Translations under genes and position numbers: made by a program | Part shown: piece after piece, positions 24,232-36,025 of the stretch | Numbering within the stretch: position 1 is the stretch's first letter | How the letters are laid out: each line of letters begins with the position of its first letter | Assembly (NCBI GenBank): GCA_051942205.1 | Contig: JAVECO010000014.1 | Span: forward strand, 1 to 64,000 | Direction of reading: 5' to 3' | DNA length: 64,000 bases | Source: Coniocarpon cinnabarinum | Taxonomy: Eukaryota | The notes under the pieces: generated by a model | The model's input: only the letters and a program-made list of their open reading frames with translations | The model's database searches: none | What the model was told of the DNA's origin: nothing

Positions 24232-24498
24232 TCCATGTTCAGCTTTACCAAGATTCAGCAGATAATGAGCGGTCGTTCACTGGGTGTTGGAGGCTCTATT
24301 ATACCCACATTGCTATTACAGGAGCAGCTTCAAGCCAGTAGAGGCTTCTTCTTCATAGGCACCGTTCATAAAACGGGCCAATGAATAAACACATCTTCAC
24401 TGTGCATTCGTGCGAGATCTAGCGCATTCATTGATATTCCATGTACAAGCCTTTCCTCTGCTATGTCTGACGCTTTCACTCTCTGGGGTTTTACAAGA

Positions 24499-27400
24499 TC
24501 ATTCATCGTCCACCATCTCCACATCTCCGTCCTCAACAAAGCCCATCCGTCGCTTCTCATTGACTAGCGTTGCTCCGCCTTTGTCAATTCCAACGCCCAA
24601 ACGTCGGCGTCGCTCTTCCGCGCTGTACAACTCACCCGATGCTTCTTCCAACGGCGTCTGCCGTCTCCGCCCAACATCGGGCGCAGGGCCCTGTGCGCCT
24701 TCGTTGCGCTCCTGATCAGCCCTCTGCAAAGCTTCCGCCGGCGAATTCGGCATGCTGATGCGAGGGGTGACTTGTCGCCCTTCACGATCGGACAACACAG
24801 CATCGGATACTTCGCCATCGCCCTCAGTCAAGCCAGCGGCCGGCCCATCACCTTGCTTCCACTGAATCTGCAGCAAATGCTCATCTTCAACGTGCTTTCG
24901 CCACTGCGTGCCGCCCTCAAATGTCTGCTTTACGATCTTCGGCACCGTTCGTGGACCGTCTGCGACGCCTATCGTTTTACTGCACCCTTTCCACCTGCAG
25001 ACCCACTCGCCAGCTGCTCGCTTTTCGCCATGGATCTTAAAGATGTGCCGCCTCAAGGTGTCCAAGTTATGCAGCTCCGCAGAACAACCCTCCCATTCGC
25101 ATTTGAATGATGGAAACTCAGGTGAGGGAGGCTTTGGCGGAGGCTTGCTCGCTGATCCAGGCGGCCGACCTTTTCGCTTTGGACCAGTCGGTGGTGCAGG
25201 TGAGCCTCCTTCTTGCCTGTCCTTCTGCATCCACTTCCTCCACCCCACAGGGCGGCCTTTCTTCTTGACATCACCAGACGCTGCGCGAAGAGCACTGTAG
25301 CTGCTGGTGGACGCAGAACCAGTTGGAGCGGGCTTGTTCGGCGTTGCGACTTGGCGAACGCCAGTTGGATCAGACTTACGCGGTTTGTATTGGCGAATAC
25401 GCACACCTGGCGTTGCGGCAGTGGAGATTGCGACGGCGCCGCTGCGTGTGGCTACGTCTTGAGTGGTGCCAGGGAGGGTTTCATCGTCAGAGGACTCGTC
25501 GTCGGCGAACAGGGTGTCATCAAGTTCGTCTTCTGGCAAGGGTTCCGTAGATATGCCAGCACCAGGAAGGGCACCACCTGGATCGATGACGTCCCATCGT
25601 ACGGTCGACAAGTCAACATCCTCCTTAGCTTTCAGGGAACGAAGAATATCGAGGTGAGCGTTCAAATGGCGCATGTCTGGGTGACGGCCGCTTGCGAGAA
25701 GGACATCGCGGGCAATGGTCTTCGGATTGTACTTCGATCTCCGTAAGACCTTGGATCTCGCGATTTTCTCGCCCACCAGAATGTTATGAATGGGATGGTC
25801 GCGAGGAACGTTATGCGCGGGTTTTGATGTTGGTTGTTGCGATAACACGGGTTGAGGGTAATTTTGTAGATATCCGAATTGACCGGTAGTGGATGGCGGC
25901 ACACTTGATTTTCGACCGCCCATAGCAGGCACCACTGGGGCTTGCGATGCAGCATCAGTCTGTGGGGGCGTTGGTAGTTGCCGAGGCTGATCCTGCTCAA
26001 GAGAAGTGGAGGCATCTTCAGTGTTACCTGTCTGTAGACGCTTTGGTGATGGCGCACCGTCTTCATCTGATAATGTTGTCAGGTCGACAAGGTCTGCAAA
26101 AGTGCGCTTCCGAGCCAAGTCTTCTTTGGATGGTGGCAAAGCGGGCGCAAGTGGGACCGGAGGTTTTGATTTCTTCTTGTTCGTGATCGACTCCACTGTG
26201 GAGCTAGCAGGTATCACAGGAGTGTCGACAGTCTGCGGATGCTCGTTGAACTGCTTGATCGCGTCCAAACCTTCAAGCTGCGCCGACGTCTGAGATGCTT
26301 GACCGACCAGTTCATCGGCTTTGCTGCGATTGATACCCGGTACTGAGGACAACAAAGCTTTTGCGAATTGTGACTTGTTGAGACGAAAGCCTTTAGCTTC
26401 GATCTGTTGACAAAGCTCCAAATAAGACGGGTTGCTATCCAGTATCCCCGCAATTTCATCCGGAGGCACAGTACGGCCGCCATTTTCCGGCATTTTGCCA
26501 ATCAACGATGAGGCTGACTGGGCAAGTTGGGCCTTACGCTTTTCAGGCCAAACAGTTTTGCCGTTTGCCTTTTCGGATAGCTTGGAAGCACTTTGAATGG
26601 ATTCAGCTGATGTTTTATTTTGGGGACTTGCGTGGTTGTTCGAAACGGCTTGTCGCGCGTTGGAGGCAGGCTGCTGGCTTTTTGAGGCACCTTCATGACT
26701 TTGAGTTGAGACTGTTGTATGATCAGCAGGCTTGATTTTTTTCGGCGTCGTTTTTTTCTTGGGCTTCGTTGCCTTTGTTGAGGCAAGAGCATCCGCAGGA
26801 CCCTTTTGGCTCTCGGCTGGTTTGGGTTTGTCCGCCTCATCAGCAAAGTAGGAGTCTCTTTCTTGCTGCCACATCTTCGAAAGCAAGTCCGGGTTCTTTG
26901 AATTCAACTCCCTCATTTTCGCAAACATGGCACGCATCTGGCTCTCGATGTCTTCTGGATTACCCTCCCCAGCTCCTAGATTTGCTGTTTTCATGAGGGT
27001 CATAGCTGCAGCATTTGCAGCCGCATCGCCGTTCGCGGCTTTAGTATTATTGGATTTTCGGTTTCGCTTCTTCTTGGGTGCTTCGTTGCTTGCAGCCCCT
27101 TTTTGAGATAGTTTTCGAGCTTCTGCCATTTTTTTGGCGTCTTCGGCTTCTTGCTGCTCTTTACGCTTCTTCGCTTCCTCTTCCCTTTCTTGGTCCGCTC
27201 TGCGCTCTTCTTCGGCTTTTCTAATTGCTTCGGCTTTCAGCATCTCCCTTTCAAGCTCCGCTGTCCGGTCATAGACCTGGTTTGGATCCACCGTAACCGG
27301 TGCTGTAGGTGCAGAAGGAGCACTAGCTTGCGTGCTAGGAGTTTGGGGAGCGTAACCTTGACTTTGTGAAACACCGGGATGATTCGCTGGAGCTGAGGGG

Positions 27401-27891
27401 CGACTCTGGTAGTTGTAATTCTGATTCAAAGGACTTCGAGTCATAGTACGGGTGTCACTTGGCTGTGCGGAGCCTTGCGGATTTGTCGATCGCTGTAGAT
27501 AGTTCTGTGATGTGGTCTGGTCATATGCGCCATAAGATGCAGGCTGATTAGGTTGACCATAGCTTAACGGCTGGGTCGGCGTTCTGCTCCGATTCTGGGG
27601 GTTGGAAGCGCTATTCATTGCTGGGCCCATTGGCGGCAGGTTGCTCCAGCCACTACCGGTTGACGGAGGATGTGACTTTGCCACATGAGGATCATGCTGA
27701 TGATGTCCCGTGTTATGCGCATAATAGCTGTGTGTCTGGCTCTGTGCAGCGCTTGATCTTTGAGAGAGGAACTGGTGGTACGAAGGCGCTGCATAGGAAG
27801 AACCTGAATTGGAGGGCTGTTGAGAGCGACTTTGCGACGAGTATGGCTGTCCCGTGTTTTGATAACCGTAGTTGTAGCTGTAATTAGACAT
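24499..27891 (-). CDS. large low-complexity nuclear protein with C-terminal C2H2-type zinc fingers and AT-hook-like motifs
   Basis: 1130-aa ORF; FKCEWEGCSAELHNLDTLRRHIFKIH and VCRWKGC...HVEDEH; KKKGRP and KRKGRPP; ordered block YNPKTIARDVLLASGRHP. Confidence 0.85.
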   Translation of the reverse strand: MSNYSYNYGYQNTGQPYSSQSRSQQPSNSGSSYAAPSYHQFLSQRSSAAQSQTHSYYAHNTGHHQHDPHVAKSHPPSTGSGWSNLPPMGPAMNSASNPQNRSRTPTQPLSYGQPNQPASYGAYDQTTSQNYLQRSTNPQGSAQPSDTRTMTRSPLNQNYNYQSRPSAPANHPGVSQSQGYAPQTPSTQASAPSAPTAPVTVDPNQVYDRTAELEREMLKAEAIRKAEEERRADQEREEEAKKRKEQQEAEDAKKMAEARKLSQKGAASNEAPKKKRNRKSNNTKAANGDAAANAAAMTLMKTANLGAGEGNPEDIESQMRAMFAKMRELNSKNPDLLSKMWQQERDSYFADEADKPKPAESQKGPADALASTKATKPKKKTTPKKIKPADHTTVSTQSHEGASKSQQPASNARQAVSNNHASPQNKTSAESIQSASKLSEKANGKTVWPEKRKAQLAQSASSLIGKMPENGGRTVPPDEIAGILDSNPSYLELCQQIEAKGFRLNKSQFAKALLSSVPGINRSKADELVGQASQTSAQLEGLDAIKQFNEHPQTVDTPVIPASSTVESITNKKKSKPPVPLAPALPPSKEDLARKRTFADLVDLTTLSDEDGAPSPKRLQTGNTEDASTSLEQDQPRQLPTPPQTDAASQAPVVPAMGGRKSSVPPSTTGQFGYLQNYPQPVLSQQPTSKPAHNVPRDHPIHNILVGEKIARSKVLRRSKYNPKTIARDVLLASGRHPDMRHLNAHLDILRSLKAKEDVDLSTVRWDVIDPGGALPGAGISTEPLPEDELDDTLFADDESSDDETLPGTTQDVATRSGAVAISTAATPGVRIRQYKPRKSDPTGVRQVATPNKPAPTGSASTSSYSALRAASGDVKKKGRPVGWRKWMQKDRQEGGSPAPPTGPKRKGRPPGSASKPPPKPPSPEFPSFKCEWEGCSAELHNLDTLRRHIFKIHGEKRAAGEWVCRWKGCSKTIGVADGPRTVPKIVKQTFEGGTQWRKHVEDEHLLQIQWKQGDGPAAGLTEGDGEVSDAVLSDREGRQVTPRISMPNSPAEALQRADQERNEGAQGPAPDVGRRRQTPLEEASGELYSAEERRRRLGVGIDKGGATLVNEKRRMGFVEDGDVEMVDDE

Positions 27892-28233
27892 TTTCGAGTT
27901 TTAGAGGAATGAAGAAGATGTTCAGTCAGCAGATGAGCGCGACGATGCGCAAAAGTACGAAACACGTCTCAATGCTTCACCCACATGGTGAGTGCATAAG
28001 GCTGAGGACCTTCTATTCGCAACTGAAGCTAGCACGCGCAAGCACGGTGCGTGTAAGTGATAGACTCGTCGCGTTATGTAGTCGCGTATGCGGATGTGAG
28101 CTCGATTCGGCAAGGTCGAGAAGCCCGGATCACCCGTGATGACTAAGCAAGCTCCTAGCGCCTCTTCACACACGCTGCACTAAATCTTGTCGAAGAACGA
28201 CTGCAGTCGGAAAGGCCAAGCACGACAGTCAAT

Positions 28234-28782
28234 ATGAAGGTTAACCCAGGTATTTGGAAGCTTTTCAAAGCATTCGCCACTAACATGAAGCTCACAAAAG
28301 ACCTCATAGGGAAACACGCCTCCCGGCGCAAGTCGCGCAAAGAATACTTCACCGCACCCTCATCTCGCCGCCGGGTGATCATGAGCGCGCCGCTCTCCAA
28401 AGAACTTCGTGACAAGCACAACGTACGCTCATATAGACATCCTAGAAAGCAAGGGCCTCGGCTATTTGCACACACTTACGCCTGTTGACAGGTCAAGTCT
28501 ATCCCACTTCGCAAGGATGACGAGGTCGTTATCATGCGTGGATCCAACAAAGGACGGGAGGGCAAGATCACCGCTTGCTATCGATTAAAATATGTCATTC
28601 ACATCGAGCGGCTCACGCGTGAGAAAAGCAATGGTCAATCAGTACCGATCGGGGTTGCACCAAGCAAAGTTCAGGTGACCAAATTGAAGCTGGACAAGGA
28701 TCGAGAGAATATTCTTGAGAGGAAGGCCACTGGTCGAAAAGCGGCGAAGGAGAGATTAGCAGGGTCGATGGACACTTCATGA
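28234..28782 (+). CDS. RPL26: 60S ribosomal protein L26 (uL24)
   Basis: Exons 28234-28249, 28310-28422, 28492-28782: [55 protein letters not shown]...[10 protein letters not shown]. Confidence 0.97.
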
Positions 28783-29940
28783 ACATGCACTGTGCCATAG
28801 TGGATGCGAGGAACTAGCTATGGAAAGCGCCGAATACTTCCAATTTGCGCTGACGAGACCGACTTCAGGCTGTATCCCAGAAGATTTACAGCTGGTGTCT
28901 CGCCTTTCAAGGGTCCACGCAAACCTGAACACTTCGTTCTCGACTTCCAACTCGCTACACCATGAACAGAATGTTGATCCGTCACGCTAGGTTATCTCCT
29001 CTGCAACCACAGACCTGATGGTCGCGGTAGGTATACGACTAGCGAAGAGCAAAAGCTGCTAAAAGCAGTTGCAGTGTGTCAGTGACGTGTTCAGGATTTC
29101 ACTCTTGTGCCGCGCTGCATATTGTCGTCCCACCTGCAGACTCTATCTTCTGCATCAGCTGATGCCTCTGTGAAGTTGCGGGTTTGAATGGTAGGATATA
29201 TGCGTATGATCATTCTACCTATCCAAAGGGTAGAACATGATTTGTAAAGTCCGGTTCAACTCTCACTCAGTCAGTCCGTCACTGTCTGTTCCCCTCTATG
29301 TCCTAAGTAATGGTGAGGAAATCATTACCGTGAAAGCGTTGCCTGCGCGCTATTGACATCTCCATGTTGACATGATCGACTCCATGTTCCAAGTATATTT
29401 GCGTTTCAGTGGAAGTGCCGAATAGAGTGCGAAGGACCAGTCTCATGCTTGCGTAATCTGGTGAGGCCAGACGCGCGAAGTATTGCCACTGGTATTTAGT
29501 AAGGGACTCGTCAAAGTTCAGCTAATTGGGCAACTCTTAGCAAATTGACATGCATTGGTTGAAGTATCAATTACTGCGTGCCGGATGCATCGCAGCCGCG
29601 TTACGCAAGATCATCGTTAGCTGCTGGATATCATGCAGTTAAGATGCCCTTTCACACATAGCAGGCCGAGGCAGGCGTAGGCATCCATCGCTGAGTGATA
29701 GGGGCTCTGCGGTCATCATGTGTACTACCAAAACGGACTATGACATCATATCGGAGCAATTCACCTCTCATGCTCCATGATTTCAAAGCACACCAGACAA
29801 GTCGTAGCATTCTGATCACTCGATGGATATTTAAGTGGCTCAGAACTCATCAGATCCTCAATAACAGTGTGCTTTTGCAGATAAAGAAAAGCGCAGACAT
29901 AGGCATTCACAAACAAGCTGCACCCTAGCTTAGCAACATC

Positions 29941-30749
29941 ATGGCAAGTAAACCAATAGCAGTTATTGCTGGCATCGGCCCCGGCACAGGAGCAAGTGTT
30001 GCTCGTCGATTCGCAAAGTCATACCCAGTCGCTTTACTTGCGCGCTCAGCTGGTTCATATGAGCCTTTGGTACAGGAAATCAACAGTTCTGGTGGCAAGG
30101 CGTATGGGTTCTCCGCTGATGTGTCTGATGCGGCGAGCGTGAAGAGAGCGTTCGAGAGCATCAAGAAAGAGATGAGCAATGGCGGAGAAGTCACTGCTGC
30201 TGCAGCTATTTTCAACGCCAGTGGTGGCTTCTCGCGCAAGCCATTTCTCGAAGTTGACGTGCAGGATTTTCGCAAGTCGCTCGACGTGAGCGTGTGAGTC
30301 AAAGACCGACCATTGAAATCTTTCAATGTCCAGGCTGACACTAAGGTGCCAACAGCACTGGTGCCTTTAACTTCTCTCAAGCAAGCTTGCCGTTACTTGT
30401 GGCAGGTACCGCAAACTCAGAGCATCCGCCCACATTGGTCTTCACTGGTGCAACAGCGTCTGTAAAGTCGAATGCCATGATGAGCTCGTTTAGTACGGGC
30501 AAATTTGCCCTGCGTGCTTTGAGCAACAGCTTGGGGAAGGAATTCGGACCAAAAGGCGTGCACGTTGCACATGCTGTCATTGACGGCGGTATCGACAGCC
30601 CTCGAATGAGGCAAATGATCCAAACCTCTGATCCAGACGCTTTGATCCATCCCGACGGGATTGCAGACGCTTACTGGCATTTGCATACCCAACCTCGAAG
30701 CGCATTTTCCAATGAGATAGATATTCGACCCTATTGTGAAAAGTGGTAG
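29941..30749 (+). CDS. short-chain dehydrogenase/reductase (SDR)
   Basis: Rossmann motif AGIGPGTG; intron 30294-30355 (GTGAGT...GCTGAC...CAG); FTGATAS, FSTGKFALRAL, GVHVAHAVIDG, EIDIRPYCEKW. Confidence 0.93.
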
Positions 30750-31307
30750 TGGACGAAAGTGACGGAGAGACGAATGCGCAACGAGCAGAAGGTCTTTGTG
30801 ACCGAAGAAAACCAACTTGCGAGCTCGCTTCCGATGCCGTCACATTTGATGCGCATTCAAACATGTCCACGCAGAATTATTCACATAGTGCAAGTCAGTC
30901 TTTACAACTCGTTCGGATGTCACCATCCATGCTTTTGAAAAACATTGTCCTGCACTCGAAGAAGCCTATTCGTTTGGTTTCAAACTCCGAGGACATGATG
31001 ATTCATGTGCTTATTACGCTAGCTTTCAGTGTCTCGTGTCAAAATACAGTACAAGATGATTGTTCTTCTTCTCGGTATTTAATTACTGCATATGCTCGAT
31101 GACTGCGTGCTACTAAATCAGGAGCTTCTAGTTGTGTAAGCCTCACGGCCTCGGCCGTGTCAGACCACCGAACAGGACTATTCCAAATCGCGTTAGCTCA
31201 CATCGAATATCATTAGCCCACTAGAACAATTCCTCATTTGAAAGAAGTATTCTTTGCCGGCTGGAGTGTGTTGAAGATATCGACTGCACCTGTACTCGCG
31301 GGTGACA

Positions 31308-32997
31308 ATGGCCGCTCATAAAGCAGCTCAAAGATATTTGAGCACCCGAGGTGGATCACATGACGTGAGAGATATGCCCGCTACACTGATCTTCGCACGA
31401 GCTCACATGCAAGAAGTTTTCGTTCGAAGACGTAGTGCTAAAAGGTCTTGCCTCGGATGGTGGACTCTTCATTCCCGAAGACATCCCGCAGTTGCCAGAG
31501 TCTTGGACTTCGACGTTGTCTAATCTTTTATTCAAAGATCTAGCATTTCGCATTTTCTCACTCTATATCTCTCCAGACGAAATTCCCAGCCGGGATCTAG
31601 AAAATATTGTTGAACGCAGCTATTCATCCTTTCGATCGGCTGACATCACGCCTCTCGTGACATTGGATGCAGAGAATGATCTCCACCTACTTGAGCTCTT
31701 CCATGGCCCAACCTTTGCATTCAAGGATGTGGCACTACAATTTCTTGGAAATCTGTTCGAATACTTTCTGACCAGGCGTAATGAGAAGCAGCAGAGCCAA
31801 AACAAGGAACATCTGACAGTCATAGGGGCTACGAGTGGGGACACCGGTTCTGCAGCAATTTACGGGCTGCGTGGTAAGAAAGATGTGTCAGTCTTCATGA
31901 TGCATCCGAAGGGCAAGATCAGTCCGATTCAAGAAGCTCAAATGACGACAGTGACCGACGCAAACGTGCATAACCTCGCCGTTGACGGGACGTTCGACGA
32001 CTGTCAAGATTTTGTCAAAGCGTTGTTTCAAGACGCCGACATTAACCAGACCCACAAACTAGCCGCTGTCAATTCTATCAACTGGGCCCGCATCTTAGCG
32101 CAGATCACGTACTATTTTCATGCATATGCGCTTCTGCTACGGTCAGGCCGATTCGCTCCCGGTCGGAAAGTCCGATTCGTGGTTCCGACTGGAAATTTCG
32201 GCGACATCCTGGCAGGCTATTTCGCGAAATGCATGGGTCTTCCAATCGATAGGCTTGTCATCGCGACTAACGAAAACGACATTTTGCATCGTTTTTGGCA
32301 GACAGGTCGTTACGAAAAGAACGCCAGTCAACCTCATGAAACTCACATCGCGCATACTGGCGTACGTGAGACTCTCAGTCCCGCGATGGACATTCTCGTG
32401 AGCAGTAATTTTGAGAGACTTCTCTGGTTCCTGGCATTCGAGGATTATGGTAGAGGTAGCGTACAGGAGAAGCAACGTCATGCAGGTTCTTCTGTCAAAA
32501 ACTGGTTGAGTCAGCTCAAGTCCTCTGACGGGTTCGGTGTCGAGCCCGCTATACATGAAGCTGCTAAGCGAGATTTCGGAAGCGAGCGAGTCTCGGATCA
32601 GGAAACGCTCGATGCCATCAGTGAAATCTACCACGCGAAAACCCCTGCTGCAAAGATGTCTGCACAGTCGATCACAAAAGGTACCGTAGCCAACGGTGGC
32701 TACATCTTGGATCCGCATTCTGCCATCGGCGTTGCTGCAGCCAGGCGTTCCATGAGAGACGCGCCTCCTCCAGAGACCCATCACATCGCTCTAGCTACGG
32801 CGCATCCAGCGAAATTTTCTGCGGCTGTGGAGAAGGCTCTGGAGAAAGATCCGGAGTTCCAGTTCCACGATTTGCTTCCAGATGAGTTTCAAGGCCTGCA
32901 AGAGCTTCCTCGTCGGGTCTCGTCGGTCCAAAAGAGTGAAGGTCTTGCAGGTCTTCGTTCACTTATTCGTTCAAGGGTTCCCAGTAGCGGTGCTTGA
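31308..32997 (+). CDS. THR4: threonine synthase
   Basis: RYLSTRG, intron 31365-~31416, VLKGLASDGGLFIP, LELFHGPTFAFKDVALQ (PLP lysine), GATSGDTGSAA, NSINWARI, VPTGNFGDI, ATAHPAKF. Confidence 0.97.
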
Positions 32998-35900
32998 CCG
33001 AACGGATAATGAGCGCAAGTCCGAGCTGCTGCATGTAGCAGTCAGGGAAAGCCTGCATCAGTCCCCAGGCCTGTTCGTTTTCATTGGCTCAGACAGGTCA
33101 ATCGAATCTGTCAGTGAACAGCGCCCAAGACTGTTGCCCGACCGGCGCAAATGCAGCAGCGTTTGGACTATCGTCCACGAGCCCGGTTACGAAGTGCATT
33201 GGAAGCGAAGCTAAAGCACTAGCAGCAGGTGGGACGCTCTCAAAGTGCCGAGACTTTACACAGCTCTGAAGCAAGCACCCGCAGGTATCACACCAAGCAA
33301 CTGCTGTCGTCATTGAATCTTTGAGGAGGGGCATTGCACGTCCCGTCGGTTATACGGGCCCGATGCCTCGCTCGGTATGGAGGCGCTGTGGTAGGTGCCC
33401 GGGCGGCAAAGGGTTCCAATCGGGCCTGACAGAGCCCCGCAGGCCGTGATTCAGGCAAACAGATCATGGGATTGTTTTGTGTTTCATCGTGGACAAGCGT
33501 TGGGGCGGAAAGGCAGAGATTGACGGCGCGGGAGACCCATCTGACCCAGCGGGGTGACCAGACACGCCGAGGGACGAGCAGGCAGGAAAAGGCGGCGGGC
33601 CAGCACGTTGTCCCCAAGCGCCCGCGCGAGATGTGTATACGGAGGACGGAGTACACATGCACGACGATGCGTGATGCACACTGGCGCACGACGGATGCTG
33701 GTGGACTGCAGCAAGCCCTGGTGCCGCAAATGGTAGCGGGATCTTGCATGCGGCCGCCCCCAATGCAGAGCGCGTAGGGCTTGCTGCGCCGTGCCTGTTT
33801 CTAAGACACCACTCCCCACGTTGCGTTTCTCGAACAGCGCATCGAACCTTAACGCGCCTTAATGCGCGCGTCTACGAAGCCTGGACGGTGAGCTTTGAGA
33901 CACGACACCGCTCAGGCCCTCGTGGGTTGTTGCTCGGGGCAGTCGGGTGGCACGGACTGACACGCTCGGGGCTTGAGGGCAATGTCACTTTGCTGCTTAT
34001 GCGACATGACTGGGGCTAGGATCAAAGGCCAGGCAACATCCCTGGCGCGTTGCTGCTTTGGATGACCTTGTACGTGACGGCACACTCGGCTGCTCTTCCA
34101 TGGCCGCGGAATGAACCCATACGAGAAGAGTCATGCTCGGTGCCTGAGGGGTGCGCTCTGGTCGGAGGAGGTAAAAAGTGAAAAATTGGGCCTACAAGGT
34201 GACTAAACGAAAATTGCTCGCATGCGGAAATCCTTGCGTCTGGGTCATCGTACAAGCCGTGTGTCAGATTCGTCCGGGGCTGTCGTACCCCTCCAAAATC
34301 AGCCTCAGCGCAACCTCACACAACAGTGCGCGATCAATGAGAGTCTCTCGTTGACTCCCCAACGTGCGAGGCGAAAAGGGGGTGCCAGGCGAGTATCGAA
34401 AAATAATAATAACAAAATTGAGCAAAATTCGAGTGTGCGTGTGTGGGAAAATGAAATTAGATGCAACGGGGCGCCGAACCGCGGATGCGGCAAAGTTCCA
34501 GAAGAGATTACTGTACTCTGCCTGGAACGCGCACTGTGTGGGAAGTGAGTCTGGGTTTCGCCGACCAGGCATCGACTAACGTCTGTATACTGAGTGGAAA
34601 GACACGATTCTCACACAGCGAGCAGCGCCAGGACGCGCCCGGTGCATTCGTTGTCAGAGAGGATGCGAGAAAGTTGCAGCGATTGCTCGAAACAGCTAGA
34701 AGGATTGCTGACCGCCACGCGGCAGAGGTGGTGCTGGCGTACTAGGCGCTGGCTAGAGGGCAGCAGTCGTGAGCAGCGCGCACCTAGCAGCCGTAGCTGG
34801 AGGAATTCTGGATTGTGCGCAGCGCGCAGGATGGCGAGAGCAGGAGATGATGGAGGAGGAGGGGCGAACAACGCATCTGGAAGCTTCGCCGCCCAGCGTG
34901 TGGCGGCTTTGGGCACGGCTTTGTCACCACGACGCGCCAGAGTGATTGCTCAGCAGGCGTGCGCAAAGTCGTCAGGTGGCTCAGTTGGAAGGAAGGAAGA
35001 AAGAAAGAAAGCAGGCCGATGAGGACGCGCATGAATGGGGCGCGCGCGGGCGAGGACGAGAAAGGACAAAGAAAGAGAGGGCGCCTGTGTTGCGCGAAGG
35101 CTGATCTGAGGGATGGGATGGGGGGTGTGTGTGTGGTGTGATTTGCAAGAATAGCGAGGCGCTCGGCGTGTGGTGGGTGGTGGGTGGATGGTGGACGGTG
35201 CCCTGTCCCGGCAGGTACGTACCCGACCGTGTACCTCCCACTCCTCCCACTCCTGCCTGAGCTGCGGCGCCGCTTGGTGTCTCTGTAAAGTGGACGCTTG
35301 ACGCTAGTCCCCGCCGGGACGCTTGGGCTGCTACGATCCTCCAGCGCGCCTTCCTGATTGGCCCCGCCCGCCCAGGCAGCTGCACATCCTGCAACCCGCC
35401 ACGCCGACCTCTCCCACGCTAAAATCACACACTACTCATGCCAGCCCGTCCGTGCGCAGGTCTTCCCTTTTTCATCACCCGTCTGCAGCACGGCGTTCCC
35501 CTCTTCCAGAGATATACTGTCCGTCTCTTCCTTCCATCGTCCACAAACGCGCATCCCAGCCATCTCGTTTTCCCACTCGCCGTCGTCGCCATCTTCTCCG
35601 GCGTCTTGTGACAGCCCCCCTCTTTTCACATCCCAACGCCTCCACCCAGGAACCTGCTCGACCCTCCTCGTGGCTTCTCGTTCCTTCGCGCTCCGGCCAT
35701 CCCATTCGACGCTTCCTTTCGTCCTGTGTCTGTCGAGGCGCGCGCCCTGGATCGCATTATTCATTGACGCGGGTGTGGGCGCGGTGTAGGTTGTGACGAG
35801 CCAACAGCGTAACGTCAGCAAATCGACGGTGCGCGTTGTTCTCCATGCGCGCCTTCCAGAACCTCCTATATCTCTCCACCTCATCTGCCCTCTCACCACA

Positions 35901-36025
35901 ACCACCTCGCTGTCCACGTCTTGGCTGTTGCAGGTGATTTGCCGCATGAGCAACCTTTCGACCTCACCGTTCACCCTCAACACCACCATCCTGGCCTCAC
36001 GCAGAGGTACACACATCCGACGAGG

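Noticed and set aside
30747..33010. Stop-codon readthrough creating cryptic peroxisomal PTS1 on the SDR or THR4
   Set aside because: No TGA-CTA context, and the extensions do not end in an SKL-like tripeptide.
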